Positions 28,750 through 39,344 of a stretch of 64,000 nucleotides of DNA are shown here, one piece after another. Position 1 is the stretch's first letter, and each line of letters begins with the position of its first letter. A program made the position numbers and the translations under genes. The notes below the pieces were generated by a model. That model was not told the DNA's origin. It ran no database searches and worked only from the letters and a program-made list of their open reading frames with translations. Source of the DNA: Bryobacteraceae bacterium (GTDB taxonomy: Bacteria > Acidobacteriota > Terriglobia > Bryobacterales > Bryobacteraceae); assembly GCA_965219315.1 (NCBI GenBank), contig CBDCNB010000003.1, forward strand, positions 1,894,463 through 1,958,462. The letters are read 5' to 3'.

Positions 28750-30045
28750 CTACCGCGCCGCTGCCTTCACCTTCGACGGCACCGAAGTTCGACTCACATT
28801 GCCGCCCCGGGTCGTCTTCGCTTTATGAGCCACCGTACCCGCTCCGTTGCGAACGGCCCCATTAGAAGTGCCGTTCCCATTGGAACCGCCATTTCTGGTA
28901 TTACCGTTGGGCGTAATCTTGCCGAGCACAACTGATCGTCGCGCACCGGTCGCCATCGGAATATTCGAAGGACGAACATGCGCCGTTTCATAAGCCATCA
29001 CCGCAAAAGCAATCGCCTCCTTAGCGTCGACGTCCAGTCCGACCTCTGTTGTTTCCTTCACCGGGATCGGATCCATCGCTTTTTGCAGCATACCCATCAG
29101 CGTCGGATTGTGTGTGCCGCCGCCAGAAACGAAGATTTCATCCACGCGCATCTCGGGAAGCACAAAATTGCGCACACTCGCGGCAATACTCTCCGCCGTC
29201 AAAGCTGTAGCGGTAGCAATCAAATCTTCACTGCTCAGCTCCGTATCCAGTAGCTTGGTGACGAAATCCGCTCCATACTGTTCACGCCCCGCCGTCTTTG
29301 GCGGTTTCGCGCGAAAATACTTATCCCGGAGGAGCTTCGCCAGCAGTTTCGGATCAGGTACGCCCGCAGCCGCAAAAGTGCCGTCCCGGTCATACGTCAA
29401 CCCACTTTGCGTAATTCGTGTTACAAGCTGGTCGATCACCATGTTGCCCGGTCCCGTATCGAACGCAATCACACGGTCGGTGTTTGTGTTCGGAGGAATC
29501 GCCGTTAGGTTTGCTATTCCTCCAATATTCACCGCCACGCGACCCCGGCCGCGATGCCGTATCAACATGTAATCGAGGTAGGGAACCAACGGTGCGCCCT
29601 TTCCTCCCGCCGCCATGTCACGCTCGCGGAAATTCGAAATCACGTCGATTCCCGTCCGCTCGCTAATGACGCTCGATTCGCCGATCTGGAAAGTGCTCGC
29701 TACCTTTTTACCCAGGTACTGCGCCCCCTGTCCCTCATGGAAAATCGTCTGGCCATGGCAGCCGATCAACTTGATCGTATTTAACGGAATGTCCGCCCGC
29801 TCCGCCGTCTCTTCCAAAGCTTCGGCGTATAGTTCGCCTAGCAGAAAGTTCAGCCGCGACACGTCACCGGTCTCGGCGCTCGCATTGGAAATAGCGAACA
29901 GCGCTTCCCGGATCTTCCGCGGATACGGGACGGAATGACTCGTCAAAACGTTAATCTTGGCCTTGAAACCCGAACCGGTAATATCGATGATGGCTACATC
30001 GATCCCGTCGAGCGAGGTCCCACTCATGATGCCTGCTATTCTCAT
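28750..30045 (-). CDS. anmK: anhydro-N-acetylmuramic acid kinase with Asn/Gly-rich C-terminal tail
   Basis: GIMSGTSLDGIDVA N-terminus and full AnmK body. ATGA overlap with the mutS stop. Confidence 0.9.
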   Translation of the reverse strand: MRIAGIMSGTSLDGIDVAIIDITGSGFKAKINVLTSHSVPYPRKIREALFAISNASAETGDVSRLNFLLGELYAEALEETAERADIPLNTIKLIGCHGQTIFHEGQGAQYLGKKVASTFQIGESSVISERTGIDVISNFRERDMAAGGKGAPLVPYLDYMLIRHRGRGRVAVNIGGIANLTAIPPNTNTDRVIAFDTGPGNMVIDQLVTRITQSGLTYDRDGTFAAAGVPDPKLLAKLLRDKYFRAKPPKTAGREQYGADFVTKLLDTELSSEDLIATATALTAESIAASVRNFVLPEMRVDEIFVSGGGTHNPTLMGMLQKAMDPIPVKETTEVGLDVDAKEAIAFAVMAYETAHVRPSNIPMATGARRSVVLGKITPNGNTRNGGSNGNGTSNGAVRNGAGTVAHKAKTTRGGNVSRTSVPSKVKAAAR

Positions 30046-32615
30046 CTCTTTAGCAACTCTTGCTGTAACTCGTGTAGAATCTGTAGTGCCTCAATCGGCC
30101 GTAGCTCGTTTATGTTCACAGCCCGGATCCGATCAGCGAGCCCCTGATTCACGGGCTCGAAAAGCTTAATCTGTAAGGGAGCTTTATTATCGTCAGGAGC
30201 TAATTCTTCGCTGAGCGACTGTTCCCTTACTTCATGATGCAATAAAACGGACCTCGCGCGCTCAATTACTTGCATAGGTAGTCCTGCCAATCGAGCCACT
30301 TCGATACCATAACTACGGTCTGCAGGTCCTGGTTCTACCTTTCTTATGAACAATATACCGTCGCCGGACTCCTTCACGGCGACGTGTAAATTTCTTACTC
30401 CGTCTAGTTGCTCTCCTAGGTCCGTCAGCTCGTGATAGTGGGTAGCAAACAGTGTTTTTGCCCGAATCCGGTCATGGATGTATTCCACTATTGCCCACGC
30501 CAGCGCCAGACCGTCATAGGTCGATGTTCCCCGGCCTATCTCATCCAGTACTACAAAACTGTTTTCGGTGGCCGTATGGAGAATCGCCGCCGCTTCCGTC
30601 ATTTCCACCATAAAAGTGGAACGGCCTCTTGCCAGATTGTCCGCCGCGCCGATCCTTGTAAATACACGGTCCACCATCGGCAGCAGCGCCCTGTCCGCGG
30701 GAACAAACGACCCCATTTGGGCCAAAATCACCATCAGCGCCGCCTGACGCAGATATGTCGATTTTCCACCCATGTTCGGCCCTGTGATAACACCTATGTA
30801 TCCATTGGACGCATGAAGATAAAGATCGTTCCCGATGAAGCGGCCCGCCTCTCTTTCCATCAGTTTCTCGATCACCGGATGACGGCCCGCCTCGATCCGC
30901 ATCTCGCCCAATTCCGAAAACTGCGGCCTTCGATAACGGTTCTCCGCCGCCACTTGCGCCAAAGCACTCGCTACATCCAACTGACCGATCACACGCGCTG
31001 CTGCCTTGATCCGGTCTGCTTGCCCTGCCGCAAACGCCCTGACTTCTCCGAAAATCTCCCGTTCCAAAGTCAGAATGCGATCCTCTGCCGCGAGTACCTT
31101 GGCTTCCAACTCCTTTAGCTCCGGCGTTGTATACCGCTCCGCGTTCGCCAACGTCTGCCGCCGCTCATAATGCGAAGGTACTAACGCCAGGTTGGCTCGT
31201 GAAATTTCCAAATAATAGCCAAAGACATTGTTGAAGCGGACTTTCAACGACTGTATGCCGGTACTGGCGCGTTCTCTCGCCTCTACCGCCGCAATATACT
31301 GGCGGCTATTCCGGCTGATATCCCTCAGCTCATCTAACTCCGAATGAAAACCGTCCCGAATCGTCCCGCCGTCGGCCAAGTTCACCGGCGGCTCCTCGGC
31401 GATGGCGGTTAGGACCTTTTCCCAGACTTCTTCCATCACGTCCAGGGGTTCTTCTGGCCGCAGCGTCTCCAACTGTCCCATCAGCTCGGCGACCCTGGGT
31501 AACTGCGCCAGCGATTGTCCCAGTGCCAACATCTCCCGGGGCGTCCCCGTTCCCAGCATCACCTTTGCCAGCAAACGCTCTAGATCCAGCACCGATCCCA
31601 GGACTTTTCGCAGCTCACCCCGTAGCATCACCTTGCTGCTCAACTCCGCCACCATGTCCAGCCGAGCCTCGATCTCCGCCCGATCGCACGACGGATGCAG
31701 CAAACGCTGCCGTAGCAGCCGACCGCCCATCCCCGTGCGCGTCTGGTCCAGCACATAGATCAGAGTCGAATCCCGCCGCTCCCCGGCAAATAGCGGTTCC
31801 ACCAGCTCCAGATTGCGTACCGTGGCCGCATCCAGCACCATATGGTCCGTCCGCTGGAAAAACGAAGGACGGTTCAAATGATCCAACGCCGAGCGCTGCG
31901 TATCGCGCAGGTAGTGAAGCACCGCCCCAGCCGTCGCCGTGGCTAGTGGTTTTCCTCCTAGTCCGCAGCCATCCAGCGACAACAGCCGGAATACCTCTAG
32001 CACCTGCCGCCCTGCGTAGTCGCCGCCGAACACCCAATCCTCCAAGGGCGTCGCTAAACACCGCGCCTCCAGCGGATGAGTCTCCGGATGCAGCACCTCC
32101 CGCACGTTCAATGTCTCCAATAGCGGCAGCAGCTCGGTCGCGTCCAGTTCCGTCGCCCGAAACTCCCCAGTCGAGATGTCCGCATAAGCCAGCCCGCAGC
32201 GACCTGCCTTCTCGAACACAGCCGCTAAATAGTTGTTTTCATGGGAACGCAGCAAACTGGGCTCGGTGGCCGTGCCGGGCGTCAAAATACGGGTTACCTC
32301 GCGGCGGACTAGCTTTTTGCCCCCTCCCGCTTCTTCCATCTGCTCGCAAAGCGCCACCCGATATCCGCGCTGTATCAACCGCGAGATATACCCTTCCGCC
32401 GCGTGGTGGGGTACGCCGCACATCGGCACCGGCTCACCCTTCTCTTTGTTGCGAGCCGTTAAGGTGATCTCCAGTTCACGCGCCGCTATCACGGCATCCT
32501 CGTAGAACAACTCGTAAAAGTCGCCTAAGCGAAAGAGCAGCAGCGTCCCGGGAACTTGTTTTTTCGCGGCCTGATACTGCCGCATCAGCGGCGTGGTTGC
32601 TTCGGGGATGTTCAC
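30042..32615 (-). CDS. mutS: DNA mismatch repair protein MutS
   Basis: N-terminal MRQY..LLFRLGDFYE, Walker A GPNMGGKST, 857 aa. Confidence 0.95.
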   Translation of the reverse strand: MNIPEATTPLMRQYQAAKKQVPGTLLLFRLGDFYELFYEDAVIAARELEITLTARNKEKGEPVPMCGVPHHAAEGYISRLIQRGYRVALCEQMEEAGGGKKLVRREVTRILTPGTATEPSLLRSHENNYLAAVFEKAGRCGLAYADISTGEFRATELDATELLPLLETLNVREVLHPETHPLEARCLATPLEDWVFGGDYAGRQVLEVFRLLSLDGCGLGGKPLATATAGAVLHYLRDTQRSALDHLNRPSFFQRTDHMVLDAATVRNLELVEPLFAGERRDSTLIYVLDQTRTGMGGRLLRQRLLHPSCDRAEIEARLDMVAELSSKVMLRGELRKVLGSVLDLERLLAKVMLGTGTPREMLALGQSLAQLPRVAELMGQLETLRPEEPLDVMEEVWEKVLTAIAEEPPVNLADGGTIRDGFHSELDELRDISRNSRQYIAAVEARERASTGIQSLKVRFNNVFGYYLEISRANLALVPSHYERRQTLANAERYTTPELKELEAKVLAAEDRILTLEREIFGEVRAFAAGQADRIKAAARVIGQLDVASALAQVAAENRYRRPQFSELGEMRIEAGRHPVIEKLMEREAGRFIGNDLYLHASNGYIGVITGPNMGGKSTYLRQAALMVILAQMGSFVPADRALLPMVDRVFTRIGAADNLARGRSTFMVEMTEAAAILHTATENSFVVLDEIGRGTSTYDGLALAWAIVEYIHDRIRAKTLFATHYHELTDLGEQLDGVRNLHVAVKESGDGILFIRKVEPGPADRSYGIEVARLAGLPMQVIERARSVLLHHEVREQSLSEELAPDDNKAPLQIKLFEPVNQGLADRIRAVNINELRPIEALQILHELQQELLKR

Positions 32616-32661
32616 TTATCCCACCGCCTCGATACTCAGGAAAACGATAGAACGAAAAAAC

Positions 32662-33939
32662 TTACGCGTAGAGTCCACGTTGCCTGATCGCCAATGCCAC
32701 CCGGTCCAGCGCAAGCATATAGGCGGCCGTTCGATTGTGGACTTCATGCTTCTCCGCGTACGCAATCACATCGTCGAAGCTGGCCACCATAATCTCTTCC
32801 AAGCGGCCATTCACTTCTTTCTCGTTCCAGAAAAAACCGCCCCGGTCCTGCACCCACTCGAAGTAGGATACGGTGACTCCCCCGGCGTTTGCCAAAATAT
32901 CGGGAATCACAAACACATTATTCTCCGCCAACACCGAATCGGCCAGAAACGTCGTGGGCCCATTCGCCCCCTCGCACAAAATCTTCGCTTTGACTCGATG
33001 CGCATTCCCGGAGGTGATCACGTTCTCTCTTGCCGCCGGAATCAAAACCTCGCACTCCATCAAAATGGCGTCATTTTTGTCGATGTTTTCCGCCTCCGGG
33101 AAATTGACCACCGATCCGGTTTCTTCCCGCCATTTGCTCAACGCTTCCACATCCAACCCATGCCGGTTATAAACCGCGCCGTCGTACTCCACGATGGAAA
33201 CGATCTTGAATCCCGCCCGGCTCATCAGCCGCGCCGCCATCCCGCCGACGTTTCCAAATCCTTGGATCACCACCCGGGTGTCCTCCGGACGCAGCCCAAA
33301 CCGCTTCAGCGCTTGCACCGTCATAATCATGCAGCCCCGGCCCGTCGCCTCCGGCCTGCCCCGCGAACCTCCCAATTCGAGCGGCTTGCCCGTCACAACC
33401 GCCGTCACCGTATGGCGCCTATGCATGGAGTAGGTATCCATCATCCAGGCCATTGTTTGTTCGTTTGTGTTAACGTCCGGAGCCGGTACATCGCGCTCCG
33501 GCCCGATAAAATCGTAAATTTCCGCGGTGTAGCGCCGGGTAATCCGCTCCAGCTCGCCTTCGCTCATAATCTGCGGCTCGCAAATCACCCCGCCCTTCCC
33601 GCCGCCGAACGGAATATTCACCACGGCGCACTTCCAGGTCATCCACGCCGCCAGCGCCCGCACTTCGTCTAGAGAAACGTCCGGAGCAAACCGTATGCCG
33701 CCCTTCGCCGGACCTCTCGCAATCGAATGTTGTACCCGGTAGCCGGTAAACACCTCCACCCGCCCGTCATCCAGCACCACTGGAATGTTGACAATCAACT
33801 CTTTCGTGGGCGTCCGCAACACTTTCCGTGTCCCGTCATCGAGCCTCAATAACTCGGCTGCCTCATCGAATCGATGGGCTGCCGATTGCCACGGATTTAC
33901 CTCATGGTCGACAGACGTGGTCGTCATTTCCAGCAACAT
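32662..33939 (-). CDS. Glu/Leu/Phe/Val dehydrogenase family, glutamate dehydrogenase
   Basis: Catalytic PFGGGKGG motif and Rossmann GFGNVG, 425 aa. Confidence 0.9.
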   Translation of the reverse strand: MLLEMTTTSVDHEVNPWQSAAHRFDEAAELLRLDDGTRKVLRTPTKELIVNIPVVLDDGRVEVFTGYRVQHSIARGPAKGGIRFAPDVSLDEVRALAAWMTWKCAVVNIPFGGGKGGVICEPQIMSEGELERITRRYTAEIYDFIGPERDVPAPDVNTNEQTMAWMMDTYSMHRRHTVTAVVTGKPLELGGSRGRPEATGRGCMIMTVQALKRFGLRPEDTRVVIQGFGNVGGMAARLMSRAGFKIVSIVEYDGAVYNRHGLDVEALSKWREETGSVVNFPEAENIDKNDAILMECEVLIPAARENVITSGNAHRVKAKILCEGANGPTTFLADSVLAENNVFVIPDILANAGGVTVSYFEWVQDRGGFFWNEKEVNGRLEEIMVASFDDVIAYAEKHEVHNRTAAYMLALDRVALAIRQRGLYA

Positions 33940-34228
33940 CGCAAAAACTCCTCATTCATACGCAATTCCTCTCCAGGCGCACGAAGGTGACGGTCTTCGC
34001 ATCGCGGAGAAGACTCTTAATGCTCCTAACGCTCCGTGTCCAGGAGTCTATTTACACACTGTCACGATGTGGCAAAGGATAGCAAGTACTCCTCACCCGG
34101 AGCGGCCAAGTCAGGCGAGTTCTTTCCATAATTCGGCCAGCACTAAAGGCTGTGCTCATGGCGACCCTATTCTTAAGCTTCTAGCAACTACAGGATCTAC
34201 TTCAGCGATACTAGGTTCAGGATTCGCC

Positions 34229-34780
34229 ATGGCTGCCGCCCCTAGCTTTCTTTCGCTCGAACAGTTTGAGTCCCTTTACCGGGGAGAAAAGCCCCATTTC
34301 GAGTACTGGTTCGGCGAAGCCATCCAAAAATCCATGCCAACTTACCTGCACGGGACTTTTCAATGGGTTCTGGCGATGTTAATTGCCCGGCGTGGTTGGA
34401 AGTCTGCGACCGAAGTCAGGTTGAAACTGTCTGCTCTCGCCTCACCAGTTCCCGACGTTGTTGCGGACCGCCGCCGTATTGAAAATCCTTATCCAACTCA
34501 ACCCTTCGACCTCTGTATCGAAATTCTATCTCCTGAGGACGATCTCCGAAAAACCTTTCAAAAGGCTGCTCACTATCTCGACTGGGGAATCGGTTGTGTT
34601 TGGATTATAGATCCCGACCGCCGCATTGCCTACTCCATGTCTACCGCTCATCCCGCGCCAGTACAATTAGCACCCTCCGATCGGCTTACAAATCCCGATG
34701 GCGAACCGGTTCTTTCACTACAAGAACTCTTCGCTGAAGTGGATGCCGTATTGGGTCCGGAATCACCGGTAAACGAATAA
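34229..34780 (+). CDS. Uma2 family (DUF820) putative endonuclease
   Basis: The pattern ...EYWFGE...P...H...VPDVV...P.LCIEILSPED... is typical of Uma2. ATG at 34229. The track ORF from 33785 is over-extended. Confidence 0.75.
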   Translation: MAAAPSFLSLEQFESLYRGEKPHFEYWFGEAIQKSMPTYLHGTFQWVLAMLIARRGWKSATEVRLKLSALASPVPDVVADRRRIENPYPTQPFDLCIEILSPEDDLRKTFQKAAHYLDWGIGCVWIIDPDRRIAYSMSTAHPAPVQLAPSDRLTNPDGEPVLSLQELFAEVDAVLGPESPVNE

Positions 34781-34879
34781 CTTCTTTAAATTAGAAGCGG
34801 GGCCAGGGAGACGACTCCTCCAACTTTCGAAAACAAATTCACCGTCCGCTACGTCTCTTAAGCAGAAGGGTTTTTATCC

Positions 34880-35557
34880 ATGACCGCAGATGAACGCAAT
34901 ATGCTGACCGATCTGGCGAACAAAATCGCGCAGACACCGGCGCCGCCCAAGGATGCGGAGGCCGAGGACTTTATCCGCACCCGCATCGGCAATCGGCCCG
35001 ACGCGCTATATCTCATGACACAAACCGTGCTGATCCAGAATATGGCTCTCCAGCAAGCACAACAGCAACTCGCCCAAATGCAGGGAAGTGCTTCTTCGCA
35101 AGGACAGGTATCGGGCGGCAGTTTCCTTGGTGGTGGCGGACAGCGAAGCTCCTACGGCTCCGCTTCCGGTGGAGGATACAATTCCGCGCCGCCGCCGCAA
35201 TACAGCGCTCCGTATGCTGCTGCCCCGGCCGGACAACCTAGCTTTCTCCGCGGCGCGGCGCAAACCGCTGCCGGCGTCGCGGCCGGAGCCCTCGCTTTTG
35301 AAGGAGTCCGCTCGTTATTCGAACACCCCGGCTACGGCGGCGGCGGTGGATTCTTCGGTGGGGGAGGCGAAGGCTATATGGGTGGAGGCGCGCCTCAGGA
35401 AGAAATCGTCAACAACTATTACGATTCGCCTGGCGGTAACGACCTCCAGGCTAACGACAATGGTGGTGACGTCGGCAATGACAACTTCGGTAGCGGTTCC
35501 GATTTCGGCGATGGCGGCTTCGGTGATGGTGGCTTTAGCGACGATAATTTTTCTTAA
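34880..35557 (+). CDS. DUF2076 domain protein with Gly-rich C-terminus
   Basis: N-terminus M..DERNMLTDL...DAEAEDFI...PDALYLMTQTVLIQNMAL matches the DUF2076 pattern. The remainder is low-complexity G/S/A/D. Confidence 0.7.
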   Translation: MTADERNMLTDLANKIAQTPAPPKDAEAEDFIRTRIGNRPDALYLMTQTVLIQNMALQQAQQQLAQMQGSASSQGQVSGGSFLGGGGQRSSYGSASGGGYNSAPPPQYSAPYAAAPAGQPSFLRGAAQTAAGVAAGALAFEGVRSLFEHPGYGGGGGFFGGGGEGYMGGGAPQEEIVNNYYDSPGGNDLQANDNGGDVGNDNFGSGSDFGDGGFGDGGFSDDNFS

Positions 35558-35596
35558 CGCTAACGCCGGCAAAGAACCGAAACGCCGCCGTTACAT

Positions 35597-36160
35597 TTAA
35601 GACTGTACCTGGACTTCCAAAGAGGCGTGTGGAGCTTGTGCTTTTCTGTCAAGATAAGCTTTCCGGCATTCGCTGATTACTTTCCGGGCGACGGGTGGGC
35701 CTTCCCATCCGTCGATTCTCGTTTTGCTGCCTTGCAATTCTTTATAGATGGAAAAGAAATGCTCAATCTCGCGCCGCACATGCGCGAAAACCTGGTCCAC
35801 CGTATGAATGCCGTCGAAACGTGGATTCCTGTTCGGCACCGCTAGTACCTTTTCGTCGTTCTCTTCCTTATCGACCATGCGCAAAATCCCCACGGGACGT
35901 ACGTCGATGAGGCATCCGGTGAAGCTGGCGTCTGTGACCAGTACGAGAACATCCAACGGATCGCCATCTTCGGCCAGCGTCCCCGGAATAAAACCGTAAT
36001 CTCCCGGATAATGCATCGGAGAATACAAGGAGCGATCCAGCCGGAACATCTCCAGATTCCCGTCGTATTCATACTTGTTTGCTGAGCCTTTCGGGATCTC
36101 GATAATGGCTCGCACCAACTCGGGTGAATCAGGCCCCGGATCGATGTCGTACAGTCTCAC
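35597..36160 (-). CDS. ppa: inorganic diphosphatase (family I)
   Basis: EIPKGSANKYEYD and DGDPLDVLVL motifs. Confidence 0.9.
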   Translation of the reverse strand: MRLYDIDPGPDSPELVRAIIEIPKGSANKYEYDGNLEMFRLDRSLYSPMHYPGDYGFIPGTLAEDGDPLDVLVLVTDASFTGCLIDVRPVGILRMVDKEENDEKVLAVPNRNPRFDGIHTVDQVFAHVRREIEHFFSIYKELQGSKTRIDGWEGPPVARKVISECRKAYLDRKAQAPHASLEVQVQS

Positions 36161-36210
36161 GCGTTCAATGTAGCAGATGAAGTCTGTAGGAAAAGTGCGA
36201 AATTGAAGGG

Positions 36211-37215
36211 ATGCCGCCGAAAATCCGCTGGGGCGTCCTTGGAGCCGCCAAAATCGCCCTCACCAAGGTCATTCCCGCCATGCAACAATGTGCTCGCGCC
36301 GAAATCGTGGCGATTGCTTCCCGAGATGGGGAAGTAGCCGAGAAAGCCGCCGCTGAACTCGGCATTTCTAAAGCTTACGCAGGTTATGACGCCCTCATTG
36401 CCGACAAGGACATCGAGGCCATCTACAATCCATTACCGAATCACCTCCATATCCCTTGGTCGGTGAAAGCCGCCGAGGCTGGAAAGCATGTTCTCTGCGA
36501 AAAACCGATTGCTCTGAATGCGTCTGAAACCCTGACCTTGATCGAAGCCCGAAACCGCGCTGCGGTCAAAATCGGCGAAGCATTCATGGTCCGTACCCAT
36601 CCGCTCTGGTTGCGCGCCCGCGAACTTGTCGGCAATGGAGCCATCGGCGACCTGCTTTCCATCACCAGCAACTTCGGCTACTTCAACGACAACCCGCGGA
36701 ATATCCGCAACATTCAAGAACTCGGCGGCGGCGCGCTCATGGATATCGGCTGCTACCCCGTCACCATGTTCCGCTTCCTTTTCGGTCGGGAACCCTCGCG
36801 TGTCGTAGCCATCATCGACCGCGACCCGCGGACGCGCATCGACCGTCTCACCTCCGCGCTTCTCGACTTCGCGCCCGGCCAAGGAACCCTCACCTGCGGC
36901 ACCCAGCTTGTGCCGTCTCAATCCATGCAGATCTTCGGCACGAAAGGCCGCATCGAAATCCCGGTTCCCTATAATCTGCCGCCTGACGTGCCCACCCGTA
37001 TCCTCGTCGACGATGGCTCTGCCTTGGCTGGTCGCAATGCCCGTATCGAAGAGTTCCCCGTCTGCGATCAATACACCGTTCAAGGCGATCTCTTTTCTCA
37101 AGCGATCCAGGAGAACACCGAAGTTCCGGTCCCGCTGGAAGATGCGCTCGCTAACATGTCCGCGATCGACGCCCTGTTCCGTTCGGCTGAGACCGGTCTT
37201 TGGGAACCTCTATAA
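36211..37215 (+). CDS. Gfo/Idh/MocA family oxidoreductase
   Basis: N-terminal Rossmann IRWGVLGAAKIA and an EKP motif (VLCEKPIAL). Confidence 0.85.
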   Translation: MPPKIRWGVLGAAKIALTKVIPAMQQCARAEIVAIASRDGEVAEKAAAELGISKAYAGYDALIADKDIEAIYNPLPNHLHIPWSVKAAEAGKHVLCEKPIALNASETLTLIEARNRAAVKIGEAFMVRTHPLWLRARELVGNGAIGDLLSITSNFGYFNDNPRNIRNIQELGGGALMDIGCYPVTMFRFLFGREPSRVVAIIDRDPRTRIDRLTSALLDFAPGQGTLTCGTQLVPSQSMQIFGTKGRIEIPVPYNLPPDVPTRILVDDGSALAGRNARIEEFPVCDQYTVQGDLFSQAIQENTEVPVPLEDALANMSAIDALFRSAETGLWEPL

Positions 37216-37282
37216 CTTTCCTTAAAAATCGGTCCTGTTGCCGGGAAATGCCGCTGCTGTTTATACTGGTGTGGCCTGGAGG

Positions 37283-39106
37283 ATGCCTTTGTCTACCTAC
37301 TTGCGCGCTCATCTTCATTTGTGCAGGTTATCGGCTGCATCAATTGCCGCTTTGTTGCTTTTTTCGGGAACTGCTGCTTCACAAGGGATGTACTATCCCG
37401 ATGGCGCTCAACTCACCGCTCCGCCCAGCAACACGCCTCCCGAGAAAAAGTGTGCTTTGGGCGGACAGATCACCAATGCTGTATCCGGTGAACCTCTAAA
37501 AAAAGTCAACATTCGTTTGATTGCTCACGGCTCCGGTCAGGGCAACACGATGTCACGCTTTGGTTCGGTGAGTAGCCAAGGCTACTCCGCCACTTCGGAA
37601 GCCGATGGATCCTTTCACATGGAGGGGATTGAGCCCGGCCAATACAACCTTTCTGCTAACAAGATTGGTTTTTTAACCTTTAATTACGGCGCAAAAGGCC
37701 CTATGAAGATGGGGACTATTCTCAGCCTGAGCCCGGCGCAAAAACTGACGAATCTCACTCTGGGGCTATCCCCGCAAGCAGTGATCTCAGGAAAAGTGGT
37801 GGACAGCGACGGCGACCCGGTCGGCGGCGGCATGGTGCAGGCTTTAGCGCAAAGTTGGATGCATGGCAAACAGCAATACCTGCCAAGAGGTGGAGGACAG
37901 ATCAACGATCTCGGCGAATATCGAATCGCTAATCTCTCTCCAGGCAAATACTACATCTGTACTCAGATGTATTCCGGGTCGCGCATGGGTGGTCCAGAGC
38001 CAATGCCAGCTTCGGGCAAGCCGGATGTAAGGCCTGTTCGCACGTTCTATCCCTCTGCCACCACTTTGGCCAATTCTACGCTGATCGAGGTCAAAGCTGG
38101 TCAAGATGCACCCGGTACAAACATTCAAATACAAGAGGCGCAAACGTATCATGTGCGTGGCAAAGTAGCGGGAGCGTTACCAACAGACGGTGCCGAACGT
38201 ACATCGCTAAACCTTACACCGCGCGATGAAGGAATGCACTTCTTCTTTGACGGGCAGTCTCGCGTCAAGCCCGATGGTACCTTCGACATACCGGGTGTTG
38301 CTCCTGGTTCTTACACCCTGAATTTATTTCGAATAGCGGGTCAGTTGCGGACCGTTGCTCATCAGGATATAGACGTAGGCGCAGGCGATGTCAACGGCGT
38401 TGAACTGGCGATGGCGGTAAGTGGTTCGCTGCATGGCCGCGTCAAGATCGAAGGCGCCCCATCGACTGGCGTTCCGCAGGTAGACCTGGCGCATTTGCAT
38501 TTATATTTGCTTCCCGTTGAGCAAATAATGATGGGGGCTCCACCTTCGGCAAAGTTCGAGCCTGACGGTACATTCAGCATCGAAAACGTCCTGCCGGGAA
38601 AGTACACAATTGGAACGAACCCGCCTCAGGGAACCTACCTTGCTTCGGTAACGTACGGCTCGAGTGACATTTTAGGAAAAGAACTCGATCTGAGCGGCGG
38701 CGTCGGTGGCGAAATAAACGTCACCTTTCGCTACGGAGCCGCCGAGGTCGATGGCAGTATCAAACAGGCCCAGCGTGCGGACACGGCGTCGCGAACTCCT
38801 CCATCCGGGCAGGTTCTCCTAGTGCCGGAAGTGCTGAACACCGACGGCTCAGGTAGTCATTTTGGCAGCACGGATACTAGCGGTAGCTTCACTTTAAAAC
38901 AAGTCCCGCCGGGTCGCTATAAGGCCTACGCGTTGGAAGAATTGAATTTCGGCGAGGTTCAAAATCCTGAGTTTCGTAAAGCCTTGGAGTCGAAAGCAAC
39001 AGATGTTCAGGTGAAAGAAAACGACAAATTACAGATACAACTTCCACTGATCTCATCGGAGGAATTGCGGCAACTTCTAATGTCGGCCGGCGTACAAACC
39101 GAGTAG
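37283..39106 (+). CDS. secreted protein made of carboxypeptidase-regulatory-like (CarboxypepD_reg) repeats
   Basis: Signal peptide, then repeated DGSF/DGTF...PG.Y motifs (at least 5 copies). The start is uncertain, with 37238 TTG as the alternative. Confidence 0.7.
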   Translation: MPLSTYLRAHLHLCRLSAASIAALLLFSGTAASQGMYYPDGAQLTAPPSNTPPEKKCALGGQITNAVSGEPLKKVNIRLIAHGSGQGNTMSRFGSVSSQGYSATSEADGSFHMEGIEPGQYNLSANKIGFLTFNYGAKGPMKMGTILSLSPAQKLTNLTLGLSPQAVISGKVVDSDGDPVGGGMVQALAQSWMHGKQQYLPRGGGQINDLGEYRIANLSPGKYYICTQMYSGSRMGGPEPMPASGKPDVRPVRTFYPSATTLANSTLIEVKAGQDAPGTNIQIQEAQTYHVRGKVAGALPTDGAERTSLNLTPRDEGMHFFFDGQSRVKPDGTFDIPGVAPGSYTLNLFRIAGQLRTVAHQDIDVGAGDVNGVELAMAVSGSLHGRVKIEGAPSTGVPQVDLAHLHLYLLPVEQIMMGAPPSAKFEPDGTFSIENVLPGKYTIGTNPPQGTYLASVTYGSSDILGKELDLSGGVGGEINVTFRYGAAEVDGSIKQAQRADTASRTPPSGQVLLVPEVLNTDGSGSHFGSTDTSGSFTLKQVPPGRYKAYALEELNFGEVQNPEFRKALESKATDVQVKENDKLQIQLPLISSEELRQLLMSAGVQTE

Positions 39107-39110
39107 GTGA

Positions 39111-39344
39111 TTAACCACTCTGCCCATTTCTTCCTGGTCGGCAGAGCACAACATAAATAGCCCCAAGTAAAAGCAAGATAGCGCCGCCCCAAAGTGTCGC
39201 ATGAAGCCCGGCCAGCAAGGTAGTAGGTGGATGAAAGAGTTGATAAACTCCGGCCGCTAATAAGAGCAAGCCATAGATAAGCAGTAGCACGCCGATATAA
39301 AACCAGATTGAAAAATCTCTGCCTGCGTTGGGTTGATTCGACAT
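39111..39344 (-). CDS. small 2-TM membrane protein coupled to the symporter gene
   Basis: 77 aa with two hydrophobic helices. The ATG overlaps the symporter stop in TAATG. Confidence 0.5.
   Translation of the reverse strand: MSNQPNAGRDFSIWFYIGVLLLIYGLLLLAAGVYQLFHPPTTLLAGLHATLWGGAILLLLGAIYVVLCRPGRNGQSG

Noticed and set aside
31523-32467. 314-aa ORF antisense to mutS
   Set aside because: It gives a P/A/S/R-rich nonsense-like translation. mutS on the opposite strand is unambiguous.
32593-33672. 359-aa ORF antisense to glutamate dehydrogenase
   Set aside because: It has R/H/P-rich composition and no recognisable motifs. It lies entirely inside a strongly supported gdh gene and is most likely a codon-bias artefact.
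33785-34228. Long N-terminal extension of the Uma2 endonuclease ORF
   Set aside because: The extension overlaps the gdh 5' end and promoter region. Uma2 similarity and typical length (~183 aa) start at ATG 34229.
33940-34228. 289-bp gdh/Uma2 divergent intergenic region examined for riboswitch, sRNA or tRNA
   Set aside because: Only short 5-6 bp inverted repeats were found, with no cloverleaf and no recognisable riboswitch core. There is not enough support to call a feature.
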